A DNA stretch of 64,000 nt from Eledone cirrhosa (lineage: Eukaryota). The stretch lies in assembly GCA_964016885.1 (NCBI GenBank), contig OZ024743.1:55242001-55306000 (forward strand), in the 5' to 3' direction. Below, piece by piece: positions 1 through 12,974 of this stretch; positions within the stretch are counted from its first letter, which is position 1, and every line of letters starts with the position of its first letter. The notes beneath the pieces were generated by a model, which was not told the DNA's origin, did not search any database, and saw nothing but the letters and a program-made list of their open reading frames with translations. The position numbers and the translations under genes were made by a program.

Positions 1-7
1 TGTATTG

Positions 8-73
8 TATTTTATCTGATGAAAGCGCACCATAATTTGCCTTGGTGGCCCTTGAAATATGTATAATAAAATA
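8..73 (+). ncRNA. Minimal type-I hammerhead ribozyme motif (Penelope-like/retrozyme type)
   Basis: TATTTTAT(8-15)-CTGATGA(16-22)-stem II (AAG..CACCA/TGGTG..CTT)-GAAA(54-57)-near-palindromic stem III ATATGTAT-A-ATAAAATA(66-73). Stem I pairs 8/8. Confidence 0.75.
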
Positions 74-78
74 AATAT

Positions 79-796
79 AAATGTGGAAATGCTGCTGTAA
101 TATGATAGGGGACCGTGAGGCATCCAAAACATGGTAAGGGGACCGCCGAGAAAAAACTTTGGAAAAGTTTGGGAACCACTGTTCGATAGCTTCTTTCAGT
201 AGGGTTATGCCTGTTCCAGCGCGTCGCCCTCACCGTCATCTAAGGCAATATATTCTTCATCCTGTCGGCCGGGAACCAGAAGCGAAGGGTGAGTTAGTCG
301 TTCGGAGGTCATTCTATTTATTAAAAACTATAGCTATGACAATACAGCTTAAATTATTACCGAGAGTTACTTGAATACCACTCGTATTATTTTATTTATT
401 TATATATATATATATATATGTGTATTATATATATACATATATACAATCATAGATTTGCGCACATACACCATGCTTGTGAAATAAAATAATACGAGTGGTA
501 TTCAAGTAACTCTCGGTAATAATTTAAGCTGTATTGTCATAGCTATAGTTTTTAATAAATAGAATGACCTCCGAACGACTAACTCACCCTTCGCTTCTGG
601 TTCCCGGCCGACAGGATGAAGAACATATTGCCTTAGATGACGGTGAGGGCGACGCGCTGGAATAGGCATAACCCTACTGAAAGAAGCTATCGAACAGTGG
701 TTCCCAAACTTTTCCAAAGTTTTTTCTCGGCTGTCCCTTACCATGTTTTGGATGCCTCACGGTCCCCTATCATATTACAGCAGCATTTCCACATTT
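79..796. repeat. Long inverted duplication, arms 79-397 and 479-796 (~318 bp), TA-rich spacer
   Basis: The arms are near-exact reverse complements. Mirrored ORF translations 12-239/637-846 and 159-374/502-744 confirm this. Confidence 0.95.
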
Positions 797-1019
797 TTTC
801 AAAGACAAACTTTAATGAAATGCATGACAATTCTACTACCATTTAATGTAAGTAGTATCAAAATGCCCCAAACTGCTATCATGTTCAATGCTTTCTAAAA
901 GGTTTATTCAAGAAAAAATGCTTCCTAGATTTAAAACTTCAATCTTTGTATACTATGAAAATTTGACTAAGCCTTCGCGGTCCCCTAGGAGATCACGGAC
1001 CCTTGTTTGGGAACTACTG
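695..1019. mobile_element. hAT (Charlie-like) MITE
   Basis: TIRs CAGTGGTTCCCAAAC / GTTTGGGAACTACTG. Flanking 8-mers CTATCGAA (687-694) and CTATAAAA (1020-1027) look like a decayed 8-bp TSD. Confidence 0.75.
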
Positions 1020-1139
1020 CTATAAAAGAAGACTCTTGCTGAAGGTGCCGCACAGCGGGACTTAACCCTGAACCATGCTGGAAATCCTAACCCACACAGA
1101 CATGACTGCATCTATTTGTTTGTTTCATCCAATACATTT

Positions 1140-1230
<91 letters not shown>

Positions 1231-1254
1231 TTTCTCTCTCTCTCCATGATCAAG

Positions 1255-1562
1255 GTGTGTGGCGTACTGTTTTATCATGTTCGTCTGACGATTATATAGT
1301 TGGGAATTCGATTCCCCTCAGCATGCTCTGTCCTTGAGCAAGGCACTTTATTTCTCCTTATGCCAATTCGCTTAGCTGGCAAAAATGTAGTTGTATCTCT
1401 CCGGCAAAGGGTCAGCCTTGTCACACAATGTATTATGCCGAGTCTCCCTGACAATTATATGAAATGTACACGTCACTATAGAAAGCTCAAACATGCTGCT
1501 CCGAGGATAAAACAACAGGAAACTTCCTCCTCGAAACCGACGAAGGTCCAGCAACAACAATG
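1255..1562 (+). mobile_element. tRNA-derived SINE, family B (CORE-like TGTCCTTGAGCAAGGCACTT middle, ...ACCGACGAAGGTCCAACAAC tail)
   Basis: B-box-like TTCGATTCCC plus shared middle and tail. Related diverged copies lie at ~4445-4660, 12260-12480, 14030-14310, 24897-25220, 26923-27190, 47000-47430 and 63690-64000. Confidence 0.65.
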
Positions 1563-1583
1563 TTATTAGCCACTCAGTTATAA

Positions 1584-2571
1584 AGGTGGTGGGTTCGCAG
1601 AATCGTTAAAGCGTCGGACAAAATACTTTGTAGTACGATACAAAATACTTTGTAGTACGAATTCAAATCCTGCCGATACCAACTTAGCCTCTCAACTTTC
1701 CGGTATCGATGAAAGAAAGAACTAGTTAAATCGACATCTCCTTCGCTCAAAATAACTAGCTCTGTATTTAAACCATTGGGCAAACAACTTGAACACAGCT
1801 TATGTTTTAGCAGGCTGTTCTAGGGTGATGTAATGCTGTGAGCATTAGTTGCATTAAGTCAAATGGCTTTAACTTGGAATTGTAACTACATCAAGTTGCC
1901 AGGAATATATATCTTCCTATGTGACAACTAATTATTTCTTAGAGAACAGATGTATATAATAATAGGATTGTGATTTAGGCACAAGGCCAGCTATTGTTGG
2001 GGAGAGGAAAGCCGATTAAATCGACCCACGTTGGTTACTGGTGCTTTATTTCATCAACCTCGTAAGGATGAAAGGCTAAGCTGACCTCGGAGGGATTTGA
2101 AATGAGAACGTAAGGAGCCATATCTCAGGTTGCAAAACATGTTGTCCGACGCTCTACCGATACTGCCAATCCGATAATAATGATGTCTGATTTAGGCCCA
2201 AGACCAACAATTTGGGGGGGGGGAGGAAACTCGATTAAATTGACACCAGTAGGTGACTGGTGGTTTATTTTATCGACCCTATAAGGAAAAGCTGACCTCG
2301 GTAGTATTCGAACTCAGAATGTAAAGGGACGTAACTCTAGACTGAAAAGCATGTTGTCCGTCGCTCTGCCGATACTGCCATTCCAATAATAATTGTTTCT
2401 ATTTTTGGCACATTACTGGTACTTTATTTTATCGACCTCGTAAGGATGAAAAGCAAAGTTAATCTCGGCGGGATTTGAACCCAGACCATAAAGGGGCGTA
2501 ACTGGTCTGAGTTCAAATCCCGCCGAGGTTAACTTTGCCTTTCATCCTTACGGGGTCGATAAAATAAAGTA
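1584..2571. mobile_element. Cluster of tRNA-derived SINE family A copies (1584-1770 +, 1968-2172 -, 2184-2384 -, 2393-2503 -, 2504-2571 +)
   Basis: Shared motifs TGGCAGTATCGGTAG (A box), GAGTTCAAATCCC (B box) and GCCTTTCATCCTTACGGGGTCGATAAAATAAAGTACCAG, repeated many times in the window. Confidence 0.85.
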
Positions 2572-2854
2572 CAATGAAAATATTTTTTTAATGTACTAGA
2601 AAAAATAAATACGAAGAGAGAACAATAGAAAAAATAGAGGGGAAAGAGAGGGGTACATCTATTCCATTTGTTGGGTGGTATATCTCAACTGCGCCATACG
2701 GACAAGATAGCGAAGGTATTGCCGTGGAGAACAACTAGCGACACCAACTGATCGTCGTCATAACAGACGGAGGTCCAACAACACAGCAGCATGTATGTGT
2801 GTGCGCGCATGTGTATGTGCCTTTCTGTGTGTATATATATATATATATAATCTG

Positions 2855-2938
<84 letters not shown>

Positions 2939-3278
2939 GTGTGTGTGCGTGTGTGTGCGCGTGTGTGTGTGTGTATGTGTGATATTTCTCTTTCCACACA
3001 TTTCTCTAACACCGACACTTCTCCCATGCTTAATATATTTGCTATCATCCATATCAGATGCATTTGAAGTTTTGCGTATAGTATAGCTTTCATGATTTAT
3101 GTATGCATATGTTTGTATATGTAGTTGTGTGTGAGTTTGTGTTTGTCAATACGTGTAAGATATATGTGTATGATTGTCGTGTTTTCGGCTGCCACTTTTC
3201 TATCCATGCTTATATATTTATATATATATATATATGTATATATAGAGAGAGAGATATATGTATATGTATATATATAAA

Positions 3279-3409
<131 letters not shown>

Positions 3410-4981
3410 GTGTGTATGTATATGTGTGTGTTTTCTATATGTATGGACATGTCGAGTGCGACCAGGTGAATATGATAAGGTGTATATTTATGTATGCATA
3501 ATTCTGTATCTATTTTATGTGTATATATATATGTGTGCGTGTTTCTGAGTGTGTCTGTCAGTGTGAAATGAATCCTTGTGTATGTATGTGCGTACGTATA
3601 TACGAATGATTGTATATATTTCCCCCACCTCGCCCTGCTTTACGTGCCTTGCTTGTGTAAACCACCGGCACAAGGAGTCGCTAGTAGTCTTTACAATACA
3701 GCTGTAGATGAACAATCCGACAGTGTAAATTGGTCGTCTTTGTGAGTCGGCTGGATTTAAGAGGAGACAGATCGTATGCTAGGAGAGGTTACCCGCTGTC
3801 CACCATTGTGCTAGTGTGCGCCAGTCGACTCTACCACATGCCGAGGAAATGTTCAAAATGGCGTCAACTCTGGTGAGTATTTTTCTGTGTGTGTATGTGT
3901 GATGCAAGCTTGTCGGTGTATGTATTATAAGCTTGTGTGTACATGGCTTGTGTGCGTATATTTCGGAAATTTGTGCGTGTATGTATGCGTGTTGCAAACT
4001 TGAGTACGTGCGTGTGTTTTTGTGTGTGTATTGCAAGCTTTTATGTGTGTGTAGGAGTTAGCAGATTCGGTATGTATGTTGCTAAATTGTGTGTGTCTCC
4101 TACAACCTTGTGTGCACGCGCGTGCGTATATATGGGTGTTGCAGGCTTGTATGTCTGTGAGTATGTGTGTGTGTACGCGCGCGTGTTTATAAATTGCGGA
4201 CATGTGTTTAAATGTTAGTGTGTGTAAACGTTAGTGTGTTGGAAGTTTGTGTGTCTATGTGTGTTACAAGCTATATATATATATATATAGAGAGAGAGAC
4301 AGACAGAGAGAGAGAGTGAAGATGTTTTTGATAACTGTCTTCACTATAACCAAGCCAACATCTTTGACATTCGTTATATGGTAGAGAAGAGACTATTTAT
4401 CATAAGCGAAAAATCACTTTGAATACTTTAAGTTAATAATTGTGCGTGACTTAGGGTTTAGAGTTCGGTTCCAGGTGGCTCATAATGTCCTTTCGCGTTG
4501 ATCATTTCACTTAATTTTAAAAAAAATAAGTTGTACCTGTAATTCAATGAACCTCTCTTGTCATACATTGACTGTGTCACATTGAATTCCACTGAAAACA
4601 ATGTTCCGCGAACCGAATTACCTGGAACACTCGCCGTCGAAACCGACGAAGGTCCAACGCAAAGCTAAAAGTTTAAGTTTGTCACGACATTACTAATCCC
4701 TCGTGTTGAAGCTTACCTTTGGTTTTTGAAGCGGTATATTACTAAGAATAAACATCTACCACTCAGGTGCAAAGTTGATCCCTCAACTATCGCTAACAGT
4801 AATATTTTCGACCAAGTGGACTGGAGCCATGTGAAATGAATTACTTTGCTCAAGGAACCGCCATCTTTACTATGTGTATATACTTGTGTATGTATGTATG
4901 TATGTATGTATGTATGTATGTATGTATGTATGTATGTATGTATGTATGTATGTATGTATGTATGTATTATGTATGTATGTA

Positions 4982-5059
<78 letters not shown>

Positions 5060-5077
5060 TGTGTGTGTGTGTGAAAG

Positions 5078-6225
5078 GTCGTTTATCAACACTACTGGTA
5101 TCATGTAACCCAGTACAACCTGTGCATAGTCGACGACTAAACCGGCAACACCAACAGGCTTGCTTGGTGAGGAAGGGGTGTTTGGCCCCCTGCGGGATGA
5201 AAAACTAAACCCATCAAAGGGTGGAGGAACTCAGGAGACTCAACGGCCGTCCAATAAAGTTTTTTTATGTGGAACAAGAGACTCCTGGTCTTTAGTAAAA
5301 ACATCTCTCTAGGAGAAGATTAATCTGATATAAAACATGCGACTTCGTTTGCATCCACTGATATCTACTCTTTCTTCTTTTTAGGCAAATGCATTCGCTG
5401 TTCAGAGAATGGGATTGGCTCCTTGCAAAGCCTTTCCTCACCTAAAAAAAGCTTCAAGCACAGGTATCGCTTGATATGTGACATGTTTTCAATGCATGGT
5501 ATTGCTGGCTATAGGCAAGTCCCTAACAGGACTAAAAAGCCACGTCCGTGATGCTCGTGCTTATCAAGTGATGGCATTACTTGAAATCAAGTTGCAGCCC
5601 TCATGTATGTATGTATGTATGTGTGTATGTATGTATGTATGTATGTATGTATGTATGTATGTATGTATGTATGTATGTATGTATGTATGTGTGTATGTGT
5701 GTATGTATGTTATGTCAGGTCGCTCACGAGTGCTACTGGTAACATGTAACAGTACAACCTGTCTCATGGTTGGGGCGTCGGCGACTAAACTGGCAACTCC
5801 ACCAAGCTTGCTTGGTGAGGAGGGTGATATTTGGACACACGGTGGGATGAAATACAAGACCTATCAAAGGAAGGAAGAACTCGGCAGAGTCAACGGCCAT
5901 ACAAATAGTATTTTTGTTTTGTTTTGTCTGGGAGTGTAAGGCCTCTAGTTGTTGTCTCAGGGAAACTCTAAAAAAAAAAAACCTGTGGTTTCGGAAGTAT
6001 CTTTTGATGTTGACCAGTTCCCCTTTTCGGGTAGTGTTTTCGATTCACAGAGAGTGGGTTTGGTCGATTAAATGGCCTTTCCCCACTTATAAAACTTTCA
6101 GAGCACAGGCATTGCTTGTTCAGAATCTGTTACAGTTTCATGTGGCTGGCCGTAGCCTAAAAGTGCACCATTTTCTGTAATCTGACAAGCAGTTTTCAAT
6201 ACTCTTAGCAGAGACTGCAGCTATC
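5078..6225 (+). mobile_element. Two older, diverged copies of the bipartite RTE-derived element (5078-5602, 5714-6225), each followed by (TATG)n
   Basis: Share CTACTGGTAACATGTA..CAGTACAACCTGT..GGCGACTAAACTGGCAAC, the GAAGGAAAACTCT-like block and GGACTAAAAAGCCAC with the copy at 6288-6878. Confidence 0.75.
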
Positions 6226-6287
6226 ATTTATGTATGTATGTATGTATGTATGTATGTATGTATGTATGTATGTATGTATGTATGTAT

Positions 6288-6878
6288 GGTGCTACTGGTA
6301 ACATGTATCCCAGTACAACCTGTCCCATCGTTGGGTCGTTGGCGACTAAACTGGCAACCCCACCAAGGTTTCTTCGTGAGGAGGGTAACTTTGGGCATCC
6401 TGTAGGACTAAAATCAAAACCTGTCAAAGGGCAAAGGAGCTCTTAAGAGTTAATGGCCATCCAAAATCACCGGGAGAGATGACCCCTTAGCCTTCGTCAA
6501 AGCAGAATTCTAGAAGGAAAACTCTTATATAACACCTGCAACCCTGATGGTATCCAATGATGTTGACTTGTTTTTCTTTTTGGTAAATATCATCTTGGTT
6601 AAGAGAGTGGGACTGGCTTTGTGCAGTGCCTTTGCTCACTATAAAAGCTTCACGGCACAGGCATTGCTTTGTATCTGGAGATCTCTCTGCACTTGTCATC
6701 ACATGGTACCATGGGCCCAGCACTATGTGTCAATAATTGTCACAAGTGTAGTGTTTGTACCAGAGTTTTCAAGTCGCTGGCTGGACTAAAAAGTCACACT
6801 TGTTCAGCGCATCGGTAGGGGTTCTCCGACATGGATATAAAGAAGTGACCGTACTCGAAAACGAGTTGGCAGCCACCA
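6288..6878 (+). mobile_element. Bipartite non-autonomous RTE-LINE derivative (5' UTR fused to 3' end), (TATG)n tail
   Basis: Highly similar to 44703-45280 and 19676-20230. The 5' part carries an RTE-5'UTR-like CTAG(G)AGAAGGAAAACTCT. The 3' part encodes a C2H2-like CSVCTRVFKSLAGLKSH, typical of RTE ORF C-termini. Confidence 0.75.
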
Positions 6879-7200
6879 TGTATGTATGTATGTATGTATG
6901 CATGTATGCATGCATCTATGTATGTATGTTCTTCTGGTTTTATAATTTTATAAATTTTTACCAATACAGAGAGAGTCGGTTTCTAACATAGACACAAGAC
7001 TCTCTCATTGGAATTTACACAACATCAACTAGGTTGCTCTGTATGCATGTCTGCATGCATGCACATCTGCATGTCTGCATGCATGCATATCTGCATGCAT
7101 ACATGTGTAGATATGGATGTTATTTTATGTGTGAATGTGTATGTTTTGATTTGTATGTGTGCATGTGTATATGCTTTGTGTACATGTGTATATGCAGTTA

Positions 7201-10200
7201 TTAGATGCAATATTTTTGGAATGTTTTACATATTTTTACTGTTCCATTAATGGATTGTACTTGTAATTTCCTAACTAGTTGTGTTCTTTCTGTTCCTGTG
7301 AAGCCTAGCTTCTCAAGATTTGTATTGAGGCAGTTACTAACATACCCCAGTGCCCCAATGATCACAGGCATAAATCTGAAGGTGTAATCAGGGTGGAGTA
7401 TCTGCATATTTCTCATCAGTTCTTCATAAATATTCTCCTTTTCACTAATCTTTGATATTATATTGGAATCTGCTGGACAGCTAACTTCCACTACTGTGCA
7501 TGCTTTCTTTTCCCTGTCCCATATAATATCTGGTCTGTTATTCCTGCATTTTATTGAGGTTTTTACTGAAAAATTCCACTAGTACTCTTTCATGTTATGT
7601 AAATGGATATCTTCCACACTGCTGTAGCTTTTAATGTGTTTATTATCGAAGCTATCTTTTCTATGGATTGCATTGTACAGTGGTTTAGCCACTACATCAT
7701 GCCTCATAGATAGATAGTACCGCGATGACATCTTTGGACAGCTGCTGATGACATGGGTAACATCTTCGATGTTAATTCTGCAGAGTCTGCACATGTTATC
7801 ACATCTAGGTGTTTTGCCTGCATCCCTATCTCTTTTGTGAATCAGGTATTTCGTGTTAATTTCCTGTTCTTGGATTGTAAAAGCGTATCCTTCAAAGTGG
7901 GAGCCAATATAGCGGTTGTTGGTCCAAGATAGACTACTTTCCTTATCTATATTACTCTCACTCTTGAGCTTCCTGGCAACATATCCATGCATGATTATTT
8001 GATGATAAACATGCAATTTTTCATCCATGGATTCACTGCGATACTGCTGAGCGACTTCCCTGGGTGGGAATATCTCTCAAGGAGCTCCTTCCCAACGAGA
8101 CGGGCTCGTACGCTTCGATGTTCGTAGATGTTGTCGGAGGGATATGATGCGACATTCAAATGCTGTCTGGACTGATGTTAGGCCTCTGCCTCCCTGCTTA
8201 CGTTTCAAGTAAAGGCGGTCTATGTCACTGTTGATGTGGAAGTTTCCGGTGTTGTTTAGTATTTTTCGAGTTCTAACATCAACTGCTCGGATTTCGTCTA
8301 TCGTCCAATTGAGTATTCTAAACGTTGGTATTAGGACAGGCACAGCAAACACATTGTGAGCCATTGTTTTTTTTTTGCGCAGAGAGTTCCGATGACCAAA
8401 TCTTTCTTAATCGGGTGTAGTATTTCCTGGTTACGCGTTCCTTATTACAGATACCATTATAGAATATGTTCTCATCTATCCCCAGGTATCTGTAGCAGTC
8501 CTCATCAGATATCGGTGAAACAGTTAGGCCATTGATGACAATGTTGCTAGATTGGGTTGTTGTTTTTTCCCGCTTTACAGTCATATATGAGCATTTATCT
8601 TGGCCAAACTCCATTCCTATATCCTTTGAGAACGTTGTAACCAGGTCAAGATTTTTCTTCAGTCCCTTCCATGTTCTTGACATAGAGTTTCAGATCATCC
8701 ACAAAGAAATTATGGGTTAGGTTCTGTCCTTCTGTGAGCCAATGATGTATCCTTCACATTTCTTGAGCAGAAAGGACAAGGGGTTTAAATAATAGGATGA
8801 ATAATATCACAGAGAGAATGACTCCCTGAAATATACCCCTGCGGTATTTTATTTTATCAGTGAAAATAGAGTCCTCCTTCTCTGTCTTTAACCTTAGGAT
8901 AGTAGCCCAAAAAGAAGACAGCCTCTCTATGGCTCTGATAATAATTGTTTCTACTTTTGGCACAAGGCCAGCAATTACCCAATACATTACTGGTACTTTA
9001 TTTTATCGACCCCGTAAGGATGAAAGGCAAAGTTAACCTCGGCGCGATTTGAACTCAGAATGGCAAGGGGCGTAACTCTATGCGTCAAAGCATGGCGTCC
9101 GACCCTCTACCGATACTGCCAATCCACCGCCCTATGGCTCTGATAATAATGTCTGGGACTTTAGCAAGTTGGAGGGCCTCTATCATACAAGAGTGGGGAA
9201 CAGAATCGAAAGCTTTCCTGTAGTCCAGCCAGACTGAAGCCATATTCCTCCTAAGTTGTCGCACCTTTGACATCGCAGTTTTATTGATTAGGAGTTGTTC
9301 AGCACATCCCCAAACCCCTTTCTTTCCAGCTGCTTGTTCATCTGTGATGATGTTATTATTTTCACAGTGATTTTGGAGGAATAGGTTCAGGCAGGTTGTA
9401 TACATCTTATACATCAGGTTCTGGCAAGGAATGGTTCGGTAGTTTTTTGCCAAGTGGGTGTCTTTGATCTTGGGGACCAGTAATGTTTGTGCTAATGTCA
9501 ACCATTCTGGTATAAGTATATCTCCCTTAAGAACTTGTTGGTAGAGGTCTGTAAGATACCTCCGATAGGATATCAGTTTTTTGTACCAGTAGCCGACAAT
9601 CATGTCTCTAACTGGTGTTTTCTTATCTTGGAGTTTTCCTATCACAGTCTCAAGAGTACCCTCACTTATTTCGTATGTTTTTGTTGTAGTGTAGGAGCAA
9701 TAGTTCTTTCGGATTTCTTTTAACCACACTGCATCTTGGTTGAATTTCTTCTTTTCAGCCTATATTTTACTCCAAAAGGAATCTATGTCTTTCTGGGATG
9801 GGGCCTCAGTGACACTTATTATTTTGCCCTTCATATCGCTATAGACTGATGTTTGTTTTCGTCTTAATCTTTTATTAAGCACTTTTGTTTCATCTACCTT
9901 CTTCGTGTATCGGCGTTTTTCGCTAACAGCTCTCAATTCTTGTTTGAGGGTGATCAGCTTATATTGAAGAGTTCTGGTTCTACTGTTACCAAACATCGTC
10001 TCTATTTCATTGTTCACTCTTTGTTGATGAGGAGTGAGGTTTTTTGTATTTGTTTGCATGTAAGGAGCATTGTCTCATGTCCTATGTTTTTTCGTAGGTC
10101 AGCAATCTTTTTTTCTATTTTAGTTATATATGATGGTATTTTTGGTGGTGTTTTGTTCTCGTTAATATCTCTGCTATCACCAAGATAATGCTTCACTGTC

Positions 10201-11004
10201 GTTGCTAAGGCATATAAACAGGCGTTGATTTGCCAAAATGTTGGGGTTTTTATCCGGTGTAAATATTCATCCCTATTTCGTCAATAACACGTAATATTTC
10301 ATTCTTATTTCTTTTATTTTTTTTATTAAATATTGTTGTTTTAATACGTTCAGCAAGTGATTTATACATGAATTAATTTATCTCTGGAAGATTTCGTTGA
10401 GGCAAATTTTCAAGTGTTTATACTTTTGATTATTATCATTATCGATAGTATTTTCCACAATAGTCGAGGTAGACACGGATGGTACACGTGGTGTCAAATT
10501 TCTTCGATTATTATTATTATCGATAGTGTTTTCCCCAGCATTCGGGGTAGACTTAGATGGTAGACGTGGTATCAAGTTTCTTACAGGCATAGTTGTTTCA
10601 AGGCACTGTTCGACCTGGCTGCTAGGAAGTCTAGTAGCATGGCGACCTGTAGCACGTATTGTTGATCCCATGTTTGTTGTGGGGGACTTACAATTAATAA
10701 TATTTATCTTATTTTTACGTTCAACAAACGTCGCTTGTTGGCGTAATTGTTTCGCTGTGAAGTGATTTTGCTCTGGGTGTATTTCGTCCCAGTTTAGCAT
10801 CATTCTGTTCATATAGCCAATGGAGGGATTGTTTTTTGCCATTTTATAACAATTAAATAAATCATCATCGCAACTCCAAGAGAAATGCGATTTATAATTT
10901 CGGTTTCTTCTGTAGCTACAACTGAATAAAGTTTGTTTACCTTTCTCGTTGTTTTTCTTCGGTACTTCCTTAATGTTTTTGTTGTTGATGTTGTGTTCAG
11001 CCAT
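7201..11004 (-). pseudogene. R4-type RT/restriction-like endonuclease ORF with frameshifts, stops and a SINE insertion
   Basis: N-terminal GYMNRMMLNWDEIHPE..QLRQQA. RT motifs NYRTIPCQNLMYK, WLDYRKAFDSVPH, RGIFQG..LS and FVDDLKLY (~8693-8716). Also GGRGL, CCHC knuckle CRLC..EDVTHVISSC..RHD, and RLE RPDI..EVSCP..K..Y..PVIIGALG. Confidence 0.9.
8946..9131 (-). mobile_element. SINE family A inserted into the R4 RT region
   Basis: Full-length copy with a perfect 19-bp TSD CTATGGCTCTGATAATAAT (8927-8945 / 9132-9150). Confidence 0.92.
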
Positions 11005-11344
11005 GCTGTTTGTAGCAAATCCTTGTAAAATGAATTATGTATTTAGTCGGATATCTCTACGAATTCGAATAAAAGGTGTCTTCAGTAGATATAGTTAGAA
11101 GAATATACAGTTATTCAACATGACTGGTAGTTGTGGCATTACTGTCGGAGATAGTATTCATCTTAAATTTAATGAATAGTCTCCCCTAGCAAAATATGCG
11201 ACTGATCCCGTTGACTGACTATGTGTATGTATGTATGTATGTATGTATGTATGTATGTATGTATGTATGTATGTATGTATGTATGTATGTATGTATGTAT
11301 GCATGTATGTATGTATGCATGTATGTATGAATGTATGTATGTAT

Positions 11345-11622
11345 GGTTAAGAGAGTGGGACTGGCTTTGTGCAGTGCCTTTGCTCACTATAAAAGCTTCA
11401 CGGCACAGGCATTGCTTTATATCTGGAGATCTCTCTGCCCTTGTCGTCACATGCACCATGGGCCCAGCACTATGTGTCAATAATTGTCACAAGTGTAGTG
11501 TTTGTACCAGAGTTTTCAAGTCGCATGCTGGACTAAAAAGTCACACTTGTTCAGCGCATCGGTAGGGATTCTCCTACATAGATATAAGTTGTGGCCATAC
11601 TCGAAAACGAGTTGGCAGCCAC
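11345..11622 (+). mobile_element. 5'-truncated copy of the bipartite RTE-derived element
   Basis: Matches 6597-6878, lies within (TATG)n and encodes CSVCTRVFKSHAGLKSH. Confidence 0.8.
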
Positions 11623-11638
11623 CATGTATGTATGTATG

Positions 11639-12075
11639 TTCTGGTTTTCGGTGGATTGGCAGTATCAGTGGAGGGTCGGACGCCATGCTTTCCAGCATAG
11701 TTACGTCCCTTTACGATCTGAGTTCAAATCCCGCCGAGGTTGACTTTGCCTTTCATCCTTACAGTGTCGATAAAATAAAGTACCAGTAATGCACTGGGTA
11801 ATTGCTGGCCATGTGCCTAAAGTAGAGACAATTATTTTATTTCCAGCATAGTTACGTTCCTTTACGATCTGAGTTCAAATCCGGTCGAGGTTAACTTTGC
11901 CTTTCATCGTTACGGGGTCGATAAAATAAAGGATCAGTAATATACTGGATAATTGCTAGCCTTGTGCCTAAAATAGAAACAATTATTTTATAAATTTTCC
12001 CCAATACAGAAAGAGTCTGTCTCTAACAGAAACAAGACTCACATTGAAATTTAGACATGAACTAGATGAATACGT
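11639..12075. mobile_element. R4 3'-UTR remnant (-) interrupted by a partly duplicated SINE A (+, ~11649-11987)
   Basis: TTCTGGTTTT...TATAAATTTTCCCCAATACAGAAAGAGTC..CAAGACTC matches 6929-7035, with SINE motifs in between. Confidence 0.7.
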
Positions 12076-12092
12076 ATGTATTTCTCTGTGTG

Positions 12093-12147
<55 letters not shown>

Positions 12148-12509
12148 TTTGTGTGTGTGTGTGTACAGGTATGTTTATTATCGCACTTGTGGATCTATAT
12201 GTTTTGATTTATATGTGTATGTGTGTATGTGTGTGGCTTACCTGCTAGTGTATTCATAATTTCGATTCCCGTGTCTTGAGCAAGACATTTTATTTTCACG
12301 CTGCTCCAGTTAAGTCAGCCCTCTTTCAATGGGTAAGCCTTGTCACAAATTGTGCCACGTTGACTCTCCTCAGATAATTAAGTTATTTATTCATTTAATC
12401 AATTTAAACGTCCGCATAGAGCTAGTAATCTATGACAGACTAGAGGAAATATCGAGTACTCCTTACAGTTGGTAATCAAAAAGAAGTTGTGAGACAAATA
12501 ATAATAATA

Positions 12510-12974
12510 ATGGTTTCTTATATAGGCACAAGGCCAGCAATTCTTTTTTGGGGGGAAAGTTGATTAAATCGACCCCAGTGCGTGACTGGTAGTTTATTTT
12601 ATCGACCTCTTAAGGATGAAAGGCAAAGTTAACCTCGGCGAGATTTGAATTCAGACCGTAAAGGACCGTAACTCTATGGTGCAAAGCATAGAATCCGATA
12701 CTCTATCGATACTGCCAATCCCCCACTCCTAGTGACAAGAAAGAATAATAATAATAAATTAAAAAAGGAAAAAATAAAATAAAATAAAAATGTCAAATAT
12801 TTGTTTCTACTTTAGGCACAAGGCCAGCAATAACCCAGTTCATTACGGTACTTTATTTTATCGACCCCGTAAGGATGAAAGGCAAAGTCAACCTCGGCGG
12901 GATTTGAAACTCAGATCGTAAAGGGACGTAAGCATGCTGGAAAGCATTGCGTCCGACCCTCTACCGATACTGCC
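12510..12974 (-). mobile_element. Two SINE family A copies (12510-12725; 12802-12974)
   Basis: Family motifs present. The second copy has a 13-bp TSD AATGTCAAATATT (12789-12801 / 12975-12987). Confidence 0.85.

Larger units (their letters stand above)
6929..11219 (-). mobile_element. R4/Dong-clade non-LTR retrotransposon, near full length, decayed
   Basis: Single fragmented ORF, 3' UTR (6929-7200) and putative 5' UTR (11005-11219). Both ends abut (CATA)n. Confidence 0.85.
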
